A DNA stretch of 64,000 nt from Nitrospirota bacterium (GTDB lineage Bacteria; Nitrospirota; Thermodesulfovibrionia; UBA6902; DSMQ01). Below the pieces are notes generated by a model that saw nothing but the letters and a program-made list of their open reading frames with translations, was not told where the DNA came from and did not search any database. Position 1 is the stretch's first letter. Each line of letters starts with the position of its first letter. Position numbers and translations under genes: made by a program. This document shows, piece by piece, positions 8,770 to 17,881 of the stretch. The DNA lies in contig JACRGX010000002.1 in the NCBI GenBank assembly GCA_016212185.1, positions 3,760-67,759 of the forward strand. The letters run 5' to 3'.

Positions 8770-10866
8770 ATGGATACTATGTTTTTAAACAGTGCAATTT
8801 ATATTGCCGTAAATCTTCTGCTCTTCTCCTCATGGTATCTTCTCCTTTACCCCGTCAGAAAGAAAACCTTACCTGAACTTTCTAACGGAGGATGTCAACT
8901 ACCGTTCATTGACGGAGTTTTAGGTGCTTTTGTTCTGAGCCTGACCCAGATAATAGTTACAGAAATGATTCTGGGCGTGGTATTTAAGAGGCTCTATGCA
9001 ATGCCTCTTTTTTATTTGAATGTTTTTATATCGCTTATTGTCTTAATACTGGCGGTGCACTCAGGCAATAATAGGTTATTAAATCCCCCCGCCCCCCCTT
9101 TGCAAAAGGGGGGTAAAGGGGGATTTTTAGATAAAAATATTTTTAAAAATTTTCTATTAGAGTTTAGGAATGAGGCAAATCTGTTCTCCAATATAATAAA
9201 AAAAGATAAGATATTACTCTGCCTGTTTACAATTTTTTTAATTTACCTCTGTTACATGATTTTCATAGGCTGGCTTTTTCCGTCATATACGTGGGATGCG
9301 CTGTGGTATCACCTTCCCATAGCAGGCTATATCATGCAAGGCGGAGCTATTCAGGAGAATCCGGCGCCCTCTTTTATTGATCTTTTTATAAATATTTTTC
9401 CAAAAAACATGGAGCTATTTTTTCTCTGGAATATTATTTTCTTAAAAAGTGATATTATTGCGGATTTGAGCCAGCTCCTGTTTACCATAGCAGGGGTTTT
9501 CACTGTATACAGCATTGCCGTAAAAATGAGAATAAAGGAGGAACATGCCGTATATTCCGCCCTGCTGTTTTTTTTCACTCCCATAGTAATCCTGCAGTCT
9601 ACGACAAATTATATAGATATTGCCGTGTCGGTGTTATTCCTGATTGCTGTCAATTTCCTGATGTATGACGGCGCTGAAAATTATGCAAAAAACGAATCTG
9701 TGCTGAACCGCCTCAAGGAAAATAAAATTCCAGTGCTTCTTTCAGGACTTACGACCGGGATTTTATTAGGCTCAAAAGGTTCGGGCCCGATATTTGCGCT
9801 TGTGCTTGTAGTTATATTAACACTTAAAAATGTTTTAAAAAATTTCAATTTTTTAAAAACTGACGCATTACGCATTACGCATCACACATTACGGTTTTAT
9901 TCACTATATTTTATACTGCCGGCCTTTTTACTTGGAGGCTACTGGTATGTGAAAAACTGGGTCTTGTACAACAATCCCGTATATCCAATAAATATAACCA
10001 TTTTCAACACAACTCTCTTTAAGGGATTATACGGCGGGATAATAGACCCCCCTCCGCAGGTTTTTAAAGGATTAACTTTGCCGGCGCAGTTGTTTTATGT
10101 ATGGCTTGAAAGGGTTGAATATTATCTATATGACTCAAGGCTTAGCGGATTTGGCCCTGTATGGTTTATTCTTTTTCTGCCGACTGTTGTATTTTCTCTT
10201 GTGTCTGCTGTAAAAAATAAAAATTACGACTTTCTGTTTGTCAGTGCAATCCTTATCATAATATTTCTTGTTTATCCGAGAAACTGGAACACAAGATATG
10301 TAATTTTTATTGTTGGATTAGGCGCTGTTTCTTTTGGCACTGCGCTTGATTATTTTTGTGTAAAAGGCAAATGGCTTAAAATCATAGCGCTTTTACTTGC
10401 TGTCTATACATTTCTTACAGCAAATTCCCCCTGCATCATGCCTTCAAAAATCAGAGAATTTGTCCGCCTGCCTGCAAAAGAACGCTCAATATCAAGACAT
10501 GCCCCGTTCAACATAGACCTGCATGCAAGGCAGGAATACGGTTGTTGGATATGGATAGGCAATAATATCGTAAGAGGAGATACGCTGGCATATACTTTTG
10601 AGCCTCTGTTTCTCTCACCGTTATGGAACAGCGCTTTTTCAAACAGAATAATTTATATCAAGTCAGAGAGTTATAACGAATGGTTGGAAAACTTAAAGAA
10701 AAATAATGTAACATATGTATTAATCAGACAGAATTCTGAAGAGGATAAATGGGTGGATAAGGCAAGGAAGCTTATCAGCAGATTCTGGTGGCTCAGCGCT
10801 CCCTCTGAAAAATTCAAGGTCGTTTATTCGGACGAAAATTATAAAATAATGAAATTTATCAAGTGA
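8770..10866 (+). CDS. Polytopic GT-C-like (ArnT/PMT-type) membrane glycosyltransferase
   Basis: Many TM segments; WDALWYHLP, FPKNMEL, YID, GSKGSG, WYVKNW...GNP-like NNPVYP motifs. Confidence 0.7.
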   Translation: MDTMFLNSAIYIAVNLLLFSSWYLLLYPVRKKTLPELSNGGCQLPFIDGVLGAFVLSLTQIIVTEMILGVVFKRLYAMPLFYLNVFISLIVLILAVHSGNNRLLNPPAPPLQKGGKGGFLDKNIFKNFLLEFRNEANLFSNIIKKDKILLCLFTIFLIYLCYMIFIGWLFPSYTWDALWYHLPIAGYIMQGGAIQENPAPSFIDLFINIFPKNMELFFLWNIIFLKSDIIADLSQLLFTIAGVFTVYSIAVKMRIKEEHAVYSALLFFFTPIVILQSTTNYIDIAVSVLFLIAVNFLMYDGAENYAKNESVLNRLKENKIPVLLSGLTTGILLGSKGSGPIFALVLVVILTLKNVLKNFNFLKTDALRITHHTLRFYSLYFILPAFLLGGYWYVKNWVLYNNPVYPINITIFNTTLFKGLYGGIIDPPPQVFKGLTLPAQLFYVWLERVEYYLYDSRLSGFGPVWFILFLPTVVFSLVSAVKNKNYDFLFVSAILIIIFLVYPRNWNTRYVIFIVGLGAVSFGTALDYFCVKGKWLKIIALLLAVYTFLTANSPCIMPSKIREFVRLPAKERSISRHAPFNIDLHARQEYGCWIWIGNNIVRGDTLAYTFEPLFLSPLWNSAFSNRIIYIKSESYNEWLENLKKNNVTYVLIRQNSEEDKWVDKARKLISRFWWLSAPSEKFKVVYSDENYKIMKFIK

Positions 10867-11015
10867 GAGAGGAACAGAAAAAAGACATTTTACTGGTTTT
10901 GTATATACTGACAGTATTAATACTGACTGTGATATATTTTTCAGTGCCTGAAAGGGTATTGTTTATGGAGAATACGATACAGTGGTGGAGCGAGTGGTGG
11001 AATGCTGTCAGGTAA
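10863..11015 (+). CDS. 50-aa single-TM small protein (not in the ORF track)
   Basis: GTG overlaps the upstream TGA. Reads MREEQKKDILLVLYILTVLILTVIYFSVPERVLFMENTIQWWSEWWNAVR; the stop overlaps the start of the next gene. Confidence 0.6.
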   Translation: MREEQKKDILLVLYILTVLILTVIYFSVPERVLFMENTIQWWSEWWNAVR

Positions 11016-11697
11016 AAAAATTGTCGTAATAATCCCCGCCTTGAATGAAGAAAAGGCTTTGCCGCTTGTCATAGCAGAGATTCCTAAAGACATAGTTGAT
11101 GCAATAATCGTTGTTGATAACGGCAGTTCTGACAGGACATTTCTCGTTGCGCAGGAATGCGGTGCATCTGTTATAAAAGAGGAGAGAAGGGGTTATGGCA
11201 ATGCCTGCCTCAAAGGCATTGAATATGCAGGGCAGAAACGGCCTGACATTATAGTATTTCTTGACGGAGACCACAGTGATTATCCTGAAGAGGTTACTTC
11301 CCTGATAAGGCCCATTATTAAAGACGGTTATGACCTGGTGCTGGGTTCAAGGTCAAAGGGCGAGAGGGAAAAAGGTTCAATGACGCCGCAGTCTTTCTAC
11401 GGGAATAAATTCGGCACGCTTCTCATCAAAATCCTTTTTGGTTTTTCATATACTGACTTTGGTCCGTTCAGGGCCATCAGGTTTGATAAGCTGATTGACT
11501 TAAATATGCAGGATACGACTTATGGATGGACCGTTGAGATGCAGATTAAGGCAGTAAAAAAAAGTTATAAAATAAAAGAAATGCCTGTCAGATACAGGGT
11601 CAGGGTCGGCAAATCAAAAGTCTCAGGGACATTAAAAGGTACTGTAATGGCAAGTTATAAAATACTGCTGACTATATTTAAGTATTGGATTTCTTAA
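11002..11697 (+). CDS. GT2 glycosyltransferase (DPM1/polyprenol-phosphate-sugar synthase-like)
   Basis: IIPALNEE, VDNGSSD, GYG, DGDHSD, TDFGPFRAIR, YGWTVEMQ. Confidence 0.9.
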   Translation: MLSGKKIVVIIPALNEEKALPLVIAEIPKDIVDAIIVVDNGSSDRTFLVAQECGASVIKEERRGYGNACLKGIEYAGQKRPDIIVFLDGDHSDYPEEVTSLIRPIIKDGYDLVLGSRSKGEREKGSMTPQSFYGNKFGTLLIKILFGFSYTDFGPFRAIRFDKLIDLNMQDTTYGWTVEMQIKAVKKSYKIKEMPVRYRVRVGKSKVSGTLKGTVMASYKILLTIFKYWIS

Positions 11698-11724
11698 GAA
11701 AATTATAAATATAATGGGGAATAC

Positions 11725-11754
11725 TTGACTTTGACCGGCAATAAAGTGTAAAAT
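11725..11754 (+). promoter_or_regulatory. Sigma70-type promoter
   Basis: TTGACT-18 nt-TAAAAT, with an AAGGAG RBS before the ATG at 11784. Confidence 0.5.
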
Positions 11755-11783
11755 TTTTTTATATAGTTATAAAGGAGTCTTCA

Positions 11784-14192
11784 ATGGCAAAATCCTGTTG
11801 TGAATCACGAGAAACAAGGCTTGAGCAGTATCAGATTGACAAGTGGAAGGTTAAGGAATCGGAGTTTAAGACCTTTAAACCCGATGATCTACTGTATTCC
11901 CCCCAATATATTAAAAAAGAAAAAAACGGTGTTTTTCTTCTCATTGACCCCCAGTCGCCAAACTGGCTCAGCACAAACAATATAGGCGCTGAGATTATAG
12001 CCCTTTGCGACGGCAAGCATAAGGTATCTGACATTCAGGAAGCTATGTTTGCGAAATACGGGGCCTCCGGCGCTGAGCATATTAAGAAAGAGACAGCTGA
12101 ATTTATTAATGCCGCAGGCACTATGGAATTTATTTCCGGTTCGCCTTTTTTAATCCGCGAATATCCCGGCAGGGGCAAGGTAATAGCGCCTCATAAAATG
12201 GATGAGCTATGGATATATAATACAATGCAGTGCAATCTCAGGTGTAAGCACTGTCTTGTGAGCGCAGGTAAGGAATTGAAGGATGAACTGACCGGAAAAG
12301 AGATTAAAAAGCTTGTGGATGAGGCGATAGAGTTAGGCGTCAAGCGGTTTTATATTACAGGCGGAGAGCCGTTTATGAAGGATGATATTTTTGAGGTGAT
12401 AAAATATATAACCAAAGAAAAAAACAAGGAACTGATTATACAGACAAATGCAACCCTGTTTGATGATAAGAAAATATCAGCATTAAAAGATTTTAAAAGC
12501 CCGCTGCTTACAATACAGGCAAGCTTAGAGGGTCCTGACGCAAAAATACATGACAGCATCCGCGGTAAAGGCAGTTTCAACAAGGCGGTTGAAGGGGTAA
12601 AGAAACTGATTGATATCGGTATAACCCCGGTGATTGCCACCGCAATCAGCAAGTATAATGAGGATTCAGTAACAGATACCTCTAAGTTTTTGTCAACACT
12701 CGGAGTCAAGGACCATCATATCCTCTGGATGCACACGCGGGGACGCGGGGCAAGCAATGTGGATAAACTGCTGGTCCCTTCGGACAGGATATCAAATATA
12801 ATGCAGGACCTGAGGAAGATTTATAAAGAAGGCGCGATAATTGTTGATAATGAAGAATCCCTCAAGGTCAGGCTGAAGGCTAAAAGGGGCAGAAAAAACG
12901 ACCTCTGCAACAATTGCTATGAAAAGGTATGTGTGAATTCAGACGGGCATGTATATCCGTGCGCCTCTTTTAACGGCGATAAGCGGTTTGATGCAGGCTC
13001 TATCAGGGAAAAGAGCCTGAAGGACATATGGCTGAATTCAAAGGTCATGGCAGGGTTTAGAAACAGCAGTGTTAAGGATAAGGAAGAGTGCAGTGCGTGT
13101 TATTTAAAGTATTTTTGCGGCGGCGGATGCACTGCCCAGAGTTACTATGCAAGCGAGGTTGAAACCGGGAAAGGCTCTTTTATGGCGCAGGAGCCTTATT
13201 GTTTAACTTATAAGACATTGTTTGAAGAAATACTTTGGGACCTGGCCAGAGAAGGCGCGCCTTCTGATGCAAAGAAAAAAGGGTATGCCACTCCATTTGT
13301 TTATAATGCAATGGACGGAAAACTCCCGCCGTATCTCAGTCATTCTTTTAAGACCATTGATGACAACTTTGAGGTAGGCTGCTACCACTGTTCATGCGTT
13401 CTGGCGGTTGATGTTGAGGATGATGAAGCAGTCTGCAAGCCGGACATAAAAGGGCAGGTGACAAAGACCGTAAAAAAGAAGTTTTCAACTGCCGCTCATG
13501 TTGCCGAGGCAAATTATTATTGCCCCACGGGATATAACCCCAAGGATTTGGAGCATATCCCGACAGAGGTGCTTGATGTATCCTACGGCTGTGGTAATCC
13601 TGCGGCAATAGCAGAGCTTAAGGAAGGGGATGTGGTCCTGGATTTAGGCTCAGGCGCCGGCATAGACTGTTTTATCGCCGCAAAGAGGCTCGGCAAAAAC
13701 GGCAGGGTGATAGGGCTTGACATGACTGACGAGATGGTTGAGAAGGCAGCGGAAAGCGCAAAAAAGGTTGCTAAATCTTTGGGCTACGATATTGTTGAAT
13801 TCAAAAAAGGGGAATTGATGAATATGCCTGTAGAGGACAACTCCATTGACCTTGTAATATCAAACTGTGTTGTTAATCTGACAGAAGATAAGGCTAAGGT
13901 CATGGATGAGGTTTTCAGGGTGCTGAAACCCGGCGGCAGGTTTGTCATCTCCGACATAGTTGCGGATAAGCCTATTCCGGGCTTTATGAGGAGGGACAAA
14001 GAGCTGTGGGCCGCATGTCTTTCCGGAGCATTGACAGAGGAAAGGTTTTTGGAGGCGGCAGTGGAGGCCGGACTTACAAATGTAAATCTGACTAAAAACT
14101 ATCTCTACAAAAAGGTAGAGTATATAAATTTCTATTCGGTCACAATGAAGGGATTTAAACCGCAGAAAATTACATGCGGCGGCTGCCCATAA
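11784..14192 (+). CDS. Fusion of PqqD-like domain, radical SAM, SPASM and ArsM-like As(III) methyltransferase
   Basis: PqqD-like N-terminus (NNIGAEIIALCDGKHKV). rSAM motif CNLRCKHC, TGGEP. SPASM YPC...CSACYLKYFCGGGC. ArsM motifs SYGCGNP, LDLGSGAG, ISNCVVNL, WAACLSGAL. Confidence 0.88.
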   Translation: MAKSCCESRETRLEQYQIDKWKVKESEFKTFKPDDLLYSPQYIKKEKNGVFLLIDPQSPNWLSTNNIGAEIIALCDGKHKVSDIQEAMFAKYGASGAEHIKKETAEFINAAGTMEFISGSPFLIREYPGRGKVIAPHKMDELWIYNTMQCNLRCKHCLVSAGKELKDELTGKEIKKLVDEAIELGVKRFYITGGEPFMKDDIFEVIKYITKEKNKELIIQTNATLFDDKKISALKDFKSPLLTIQASLEGPDAKIHDSIRGKGSFNKAVEGVKKLIDIGITPVIATAISKYNEDSVTDTSKFLSTLGVKDHHILWMHTRGRGASNVDKLLVPSDRISNIMQDLRKIYKEGAIIVDNEESLKVRLKAKRGRKNDLCNNCYEKVCVNSDGHVYPCASFNGDKRFDAGSIREKSLKDIWLNSKVMAGFRNSSVKDKEECSACYLKYFCGGGCTAQSYYASEVETGKGSFMAQEPYCLTYKTLFEEILWDLAREGAPSDAKKKGYATPFVYNAMDGKLPPYLSHSFKTIDDNFEVGCYHCSCVLAVDVEDDEAVCKPDIKGQVTKTVKKKFSTAAHVAEANYYCPTGYNPKDLEHIPTEVLDVSYGCGNPAAIAELKEGDVVLDLGSGAGIDCFIAAKRLGKNGRVIGLDMTDEMVEKAAESAKKVAKSLGYDIVEFKKGELMNMPVEDNSIDLVISNCVVNLTEDKAKVMDEVFRVLKPGGRFVISDIVADKPIPGFMRRDKELWAACLSGALTEERFLEAAVEAGLTNVNLTKNYLYKKVEYINFYSVTMKGFKPQKITCGGCP

Positions 14193-14235
14193 ATCGCAGA
14201 GCAGATAAAAAAATACCTAATGAGGAGGTAATAAT

Positions 14236-15720
14236 ATGAGAGTTAGTTTAGTAAATGCACAGGTGCTTGACGGTAATAATGTAGTTCCACCGCTTGGACT
14301 GATGTATATCGCGGCTGTCCTTGAAAAAGCAGGGCACAAGGTGCAGATTTTTGATGCCGACCCTGAGTATCAGGCAGGCATTCTGAAAGAGATAAAAGAG
14401 TTTAAGCCGGACCTTATCGGACTGGGTTTTTTGACTGTAGGCTATCAGAGGGCACTGAAATTGTTCAGAGGATTAAAAAAAGAAATACCTGACGCTATGT
14501 ACTGCTTGGGCGGCGTTCATCCGACGGTTAAGCCTATGGAAACCATAAATGAGTTTGATGCGGATTTCATTGTGCTCGGAGAGGGCGAGGATACGATTGT
14601 AGAGGCATGTGAAAAATTGGAGAAGAAGCAGGGGCTGGCAGGCGTAAAGGGCGTCATGTACCATGAGAACGGAAAAATTATAGATAACGGCAGGCGCGAC
14701 ATGATACCTGATATTGATACAATTCCGTTTCCTGCAAGACACCTGATAGACATGGGACCGTATCTCAAACCGCCGGGTATTATCAGGGGTTATGCCACCA
14801 AGAACCAGACCACTGTTGTTACAAGCAGGGGCTGTCCGTTCAGATGCATATACTGCGGAAGCCATAACATATTCGGAAGAAAGACCAGGAGACGCTCGGT
14901 TAAGAACGTTGTTGACGAGATAGAATTTCTCCATAAGACATACGACATAAAAGGCATATATTTCTGCGATGACAGTTTTACATTAAGGCCTGAATGGGTC
15001 AGGGAATATTGCGATGACTTAAAACGCAGAAATCTGGATATAAAATGGGGATGCCAGTCAAGGGTGGACCAGACTGATGAGGAATTGATGAGGTTAATGA
15101 AAGACCGGGGACTTGTCCAGCTTGACTTCGGCGTTGAGAGCGGCTCGGAAAAGATGCTGAAGGTACTGGGCAAGGGCGGACACGGCGACAGGACTTCGCA
15201 GATTAAAAAATCCTTTGAGCTTTGCAGAAAACTGGACATCAGGACCCTGGCTACATTTATAATCGGCAACCCTGAAGAAACCATGGAAGACATACAGCAG
15301 AGCTTTTCTGTGGCTAAAGAGATTAATGCCGATTACACTGCATTTTACTTCCTGACCCCATATCCGGGTACGGAAATTTATGAAATGGCAATTAAGAATA
15401 AATGGCTGGACCCGAACCTTCCATTCTCAGACATATGGGCGCACAGGCAGCCGGAACTGCCGCTGATGAAGATAACCTTTGAGAAAGAGGAATTAAGGGA
15501 CATACGCAAAAAACTGCAGAACCACTTCTTCTGGAAGAATTATTTTACTGCCACCGGGAATATCAGCTTCTACGGAATACTGTTTTCCATCATCTTCAGG
15601 CATCCGGGGGTTATTTTTACAGCGCTTGGAAAACTGGTGAGGACGGGTAGGCTGGATTACGTGGTTGAAACGCTTAATGCAGAATACTGGAGAATGAAAA
15701 AATACGAGGCTGCCGGATAA
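14236..15720 (+). CDS. Cobalamin-binding (class B) radical SAM protein
   Basis: PPLGLMYIAAVL, GGVHPT, GEGE, TSRGCPFRCIYC, GVESGS, PYPGT. Confidence 0.9.
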   Translation: MRVSLVNAQVLDGNNVVPPLGLMYIAAVLEKAGHKVQIFDADPEYQAGILKEIKEFKPDLIGLGFLTVGYQRALKLFRGLKKEIPDAMYCLGGVHPTVKPMETINEFDADFIVLGEGEDTIVEACEKLEKKQGLAGVKGVMYHENGKIIDNGRRDMIPDIDTIPFPARHLIDMGPYLKPPGIIRGYATKNQTTVVTSRGCPFRCIYCGSHNIFGRKTRRRSVKNVVDEIEFLHKTYDIKGIYFCDDSFTLRPEWVREYCDDLKRRNLDIKWGCQSRVDQTDEELMRLMKDRGLVQLDFGVESGSEKMLKVLGKGGHGDRTSQIKKSFELCRKLDIRTLATFIIGNPEETMEDIQQSFSVAKEINADYTAFYFLTPYPGTEIYEMAIKNKWLDPNLPFSDIWAHRQPELPLMKITFEKEELRDIRKKLQNHFFWKNYFTATGNISFYGILFSIIFRHPGVIFTALGKLVRTGRLDYVVETLNAEYWRMKKYEAAG

Positions 15721-15757
15721 CAATTATTGAAAACCGCGTAAGTAATGTCCGCTATGC

Positions 15758-15847
15758 TGTCATTCCGTGCTTAACGGAGCCTGCCCCGTACTTGATACGG
15801 GGGAATCCAGTCCGTTCCTCTGGATTCCTGCCTTCGCAGGAATGACA
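15758..15847. repeat. REP-like element GTCATTCC...GGAATGAC with an internal palindrome
   Basis: TGTCATTCCG...CCCCGTACTTGATACGGGG...TGGATTCCTGCCTTCGCAGGAATGACA. Relatives at ~23511-23580, 47555-47583 and 53169-53247. Confidence 0.75.
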
Positions 15848-15906
15848 GGATACAATAAGCGTAAGACACTAATATTAAGGGAATCCAGAGTCAGAATTTG
15901 TTTTTT

Positions 15907-15938
15907 TAAGCCGGTTGCAGTTATGCAACCGGCTTTTT
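15907..15938 (+). terminator. Intrinsic terminator at the end of the radical SAM operon
   Basis: AAGCCGGTTGCA-GTTA-TGCAACCGGCTTTTT. Confidence 0.8.
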
Positions 15939-15983
15939 GCTTTACAAATTTTTGTAGTAATTTGCTACTATATGACTTAAAAT

Positions 15984-16053
15984 TAATGAATAGCGAGCGT
16001 ACCTGCCTGTCGGCATACAGGTTCCCGGTGGTCTTGCCACGGGGAAGATCAAT
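15984..16053. repeat. Dispersed palindromic element (TAGCGAGCGTA...CCCGGTGGTCTTGCCACGGGGAAGATCA)
   Basis: Reverse-orientation copies at 50148-50197, 61679-61712 and 61748-61791. Confidence 0.75.
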
Positions 16054-16069
16054 TTGCGGGTAACTATTT

Positions 16070-16399
16070 ATGGCTCTTCAGGCCGTTTTAAAAGAAAGAG
16101 AAAAAAAACTAACGATATTAAGAAATAATGCCATGAAAGAGGCGCAAAGGCTCGCTTTCCTTTTAAGCAAGCGCTATAAGTTTGAGGCGATTTATCTTTT
16201 CGGCTCGCTTTTATCAGGAAAGTTCAGATTACATTCAGACATTGATATGGTAATAAAAGGTTTGAAAGTGGAGGATTTTTTTAAGGCGCATGCATTTTTA
16301 ATAAAAGAAAGCAGGTATAGAATTGATTTGAAGCCTTTTGAGGATCTTGAGGACAGCTTTAAGGAAAAAATTTTGCGGAAAGGATTGAAAATTGGATAA
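16070..16399 (+). CDS. Minimal nucleotidyltransferase (MNT) antitoxin
   Basis: IYLFGS...SDIDM motif. Confidence 0.85.
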   Translation: MALQAVLKEREKKLTILRNNAMKEAQRLAFLLSKRYKFEAIYLFGSLLSGKFRLHSDIDMVIKGLKVEDFFKAHAFLIKESRYRIDLKPFEDLEDSFKEKILRKGLKIG

Positions 16400-16874
16400 A
16401 GATATTTTAAGGGAAATCATCTCTGAAATAGAAAAAGAGCTTGAAAATATTAATGAATTCAGGAAGGAACTGATGAAAATAAAATCTGAAAATTCTATAA
16501 CATTCAGGCGTTCAATTGGTTCCATTCTGCATGATTTTTATAACTGCTGTGAAAGGGTCTTTAAAAAAACAGCGAGCGGCATTAACGGCAGTTATGAAGA
16601 TTCGGACAAATGGCATAAGTCGCTGCTGGTTAGAATGACTATCCCGATTAAAGATATAAGACCGGCAGTAATTTCCGAGGAACTTGCCGCTGAACTTGAC
16701 GAATACCTGTCTTTCAGGCATGTATTCAGAAATATCTATGGTTTTGAGCTTAAAGGCGACAGGATTAAATACCTTGCGGAAAAATTTGATAATGTTGCGG
16801 AAAGATTTATCAGTGAGATTAAAAAATTCCTTATTTTTTTAAGTAAAGAGCTGCAGGAATCAAAAGCGGATTAA
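16392..16874 (+). CDS. HEPN/HepT-like toxin
   Basis: LHDFYNCCE, WHKSLL, FRHVFRNIYG; overlaps the MNT gene. Confidence 0.82.
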   Translation: MDKDILREIISEIEKELENINEFRKELMKIKSENSITFRRSIGSILHDFYNCCERVFKKTASGINGSYEDSDKWHKSLLVRMTIPIKDIRPAVISEELAAELDEYLSFRHVFRNIYGFELKGDRIKYLAEKFDNVAERFISEIKKFLIFLSKELQESKAD

Positions 16875-16955
16875 TTATAAAATTGCCAACCCGTACAGCT
16901 TCTGTAAGTTTCTTACTTATCAGTGAATGGGGTAGAAAAAACAGCATTGTTTCGT

Positions 16956-17369
16956 CTATTTCACAAATATCTTTAAGAATTCTGCTGGAGTCATTATTTT
17001 TATCCCCACAGACGGAAAGTCTTTGTTATTTCTTGTAATGACACACTCGCATCCTTCATGAATAGCTGAAAAATATTGAATTAAATCCTCAAAGTCCTTG
17101 CCGGCGATCGACCTTGCCTGCTTTAAGATATTCTTTGTGAAAGCAATTATTCTAAAATCTTCCAATATCTGGTCTATTAACGGCTCCGCAGCCTTCACTC
17201 CCTTAAGTTTGCTTAAAATATAATAAAAGTTATTGACTGAAATTGCTGAAATACAACCTTGAATAACACCTTCCCTGCCAAGCGTCCACACCCTTGCCGA
17301 ATCCATATAAAATGGCTCCCGTTTTGTCAGAACATCCAATATTATATTTGTATCAATCAGTATCTTCAT
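16956..17369 (-). CDS. PIN-domain (VapC-like) toxin
   Basis: ILIDTNIILD, DFEDLIQY, ITRNNKDF. Confidence 0.9.
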   Translation of the reverse strand: MKILIDTNIILDVLTKREPFYMDSARVWTLGREGVIQGCISAISVNNFYYILSKLKGVKAAEPLIDQILEDFRIIAFTKNILKQARSIAGKDFEDLIQYFSAIHEGCECVITRNNKDFPSVGIKIMTPAEFLKIFVK

Positions 17370-17610
17370 ATTTCTTAAGCCGGGATGCGATATGCTCGTC
17401 TCTGAGTGCCTTATAAGACTTCTTGGTCCTTAACATGCCAATCCACCTTGAAACAAACGGCGAGATTTCTTTAGACTGCGACTCTTTCTCCCGCTGGAGA
17501 AAAAATTCCTTAACCATAACTGAAACGGATTTCCCCGTTAACTTAGCCGTCTTATGCGCAAGCCGGGTTATGTCTTCATCCATATATAACGTTAGTTTAG
17601 ATTTCGGCAT
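17353..17610 (-). CDS. DUF6364-like ribbon-helix-helix antitoxin
   Basis: KSKLTLYMDE; overlaps the PIN gene. Promoter TTGACT-17-TAAATT at ~17635-17663 on the minus strand. Confidence 0.75.
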   Translation of the reverse strand: MPKSKLTLYMDEDITRLAHKTAKLTGKSVSVMVKEFFLQREKESQSKEISPFVSRWIGMLRTKKSYKALRDEHIASRLKKYEDTD

Positions 17611-17881
17611 ATGCACCTCCACGTATTTATATCTAATTTACTACGTATAGAAGAAAAAGTCAAGGCGGTGGATAAGACAGCTTATCAATCTTTAATTTCC
17701 ATGTCCATTTATAAATTCAATGTCAATAAAAATAGGCGCTATCCCTACCTTCATTTTTTGCATGTTTGCAAGATTGACCCCGTTTCTTGCACTATAAATA
17801 ACTTAACTGCTTTAAAACAGTATTGCTTCAGATGAATCTGCCGTGCTTGTTCCCTAAAGCCACATAGATGAATTAGACTTC

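Noticed and set aside
15767..16063. 98-aa ORF after the B12 radical SAM gene
   Set aside because: Made of REP-like palindromes and a terminator (WIPAFAGMT is a typical repeat translation).
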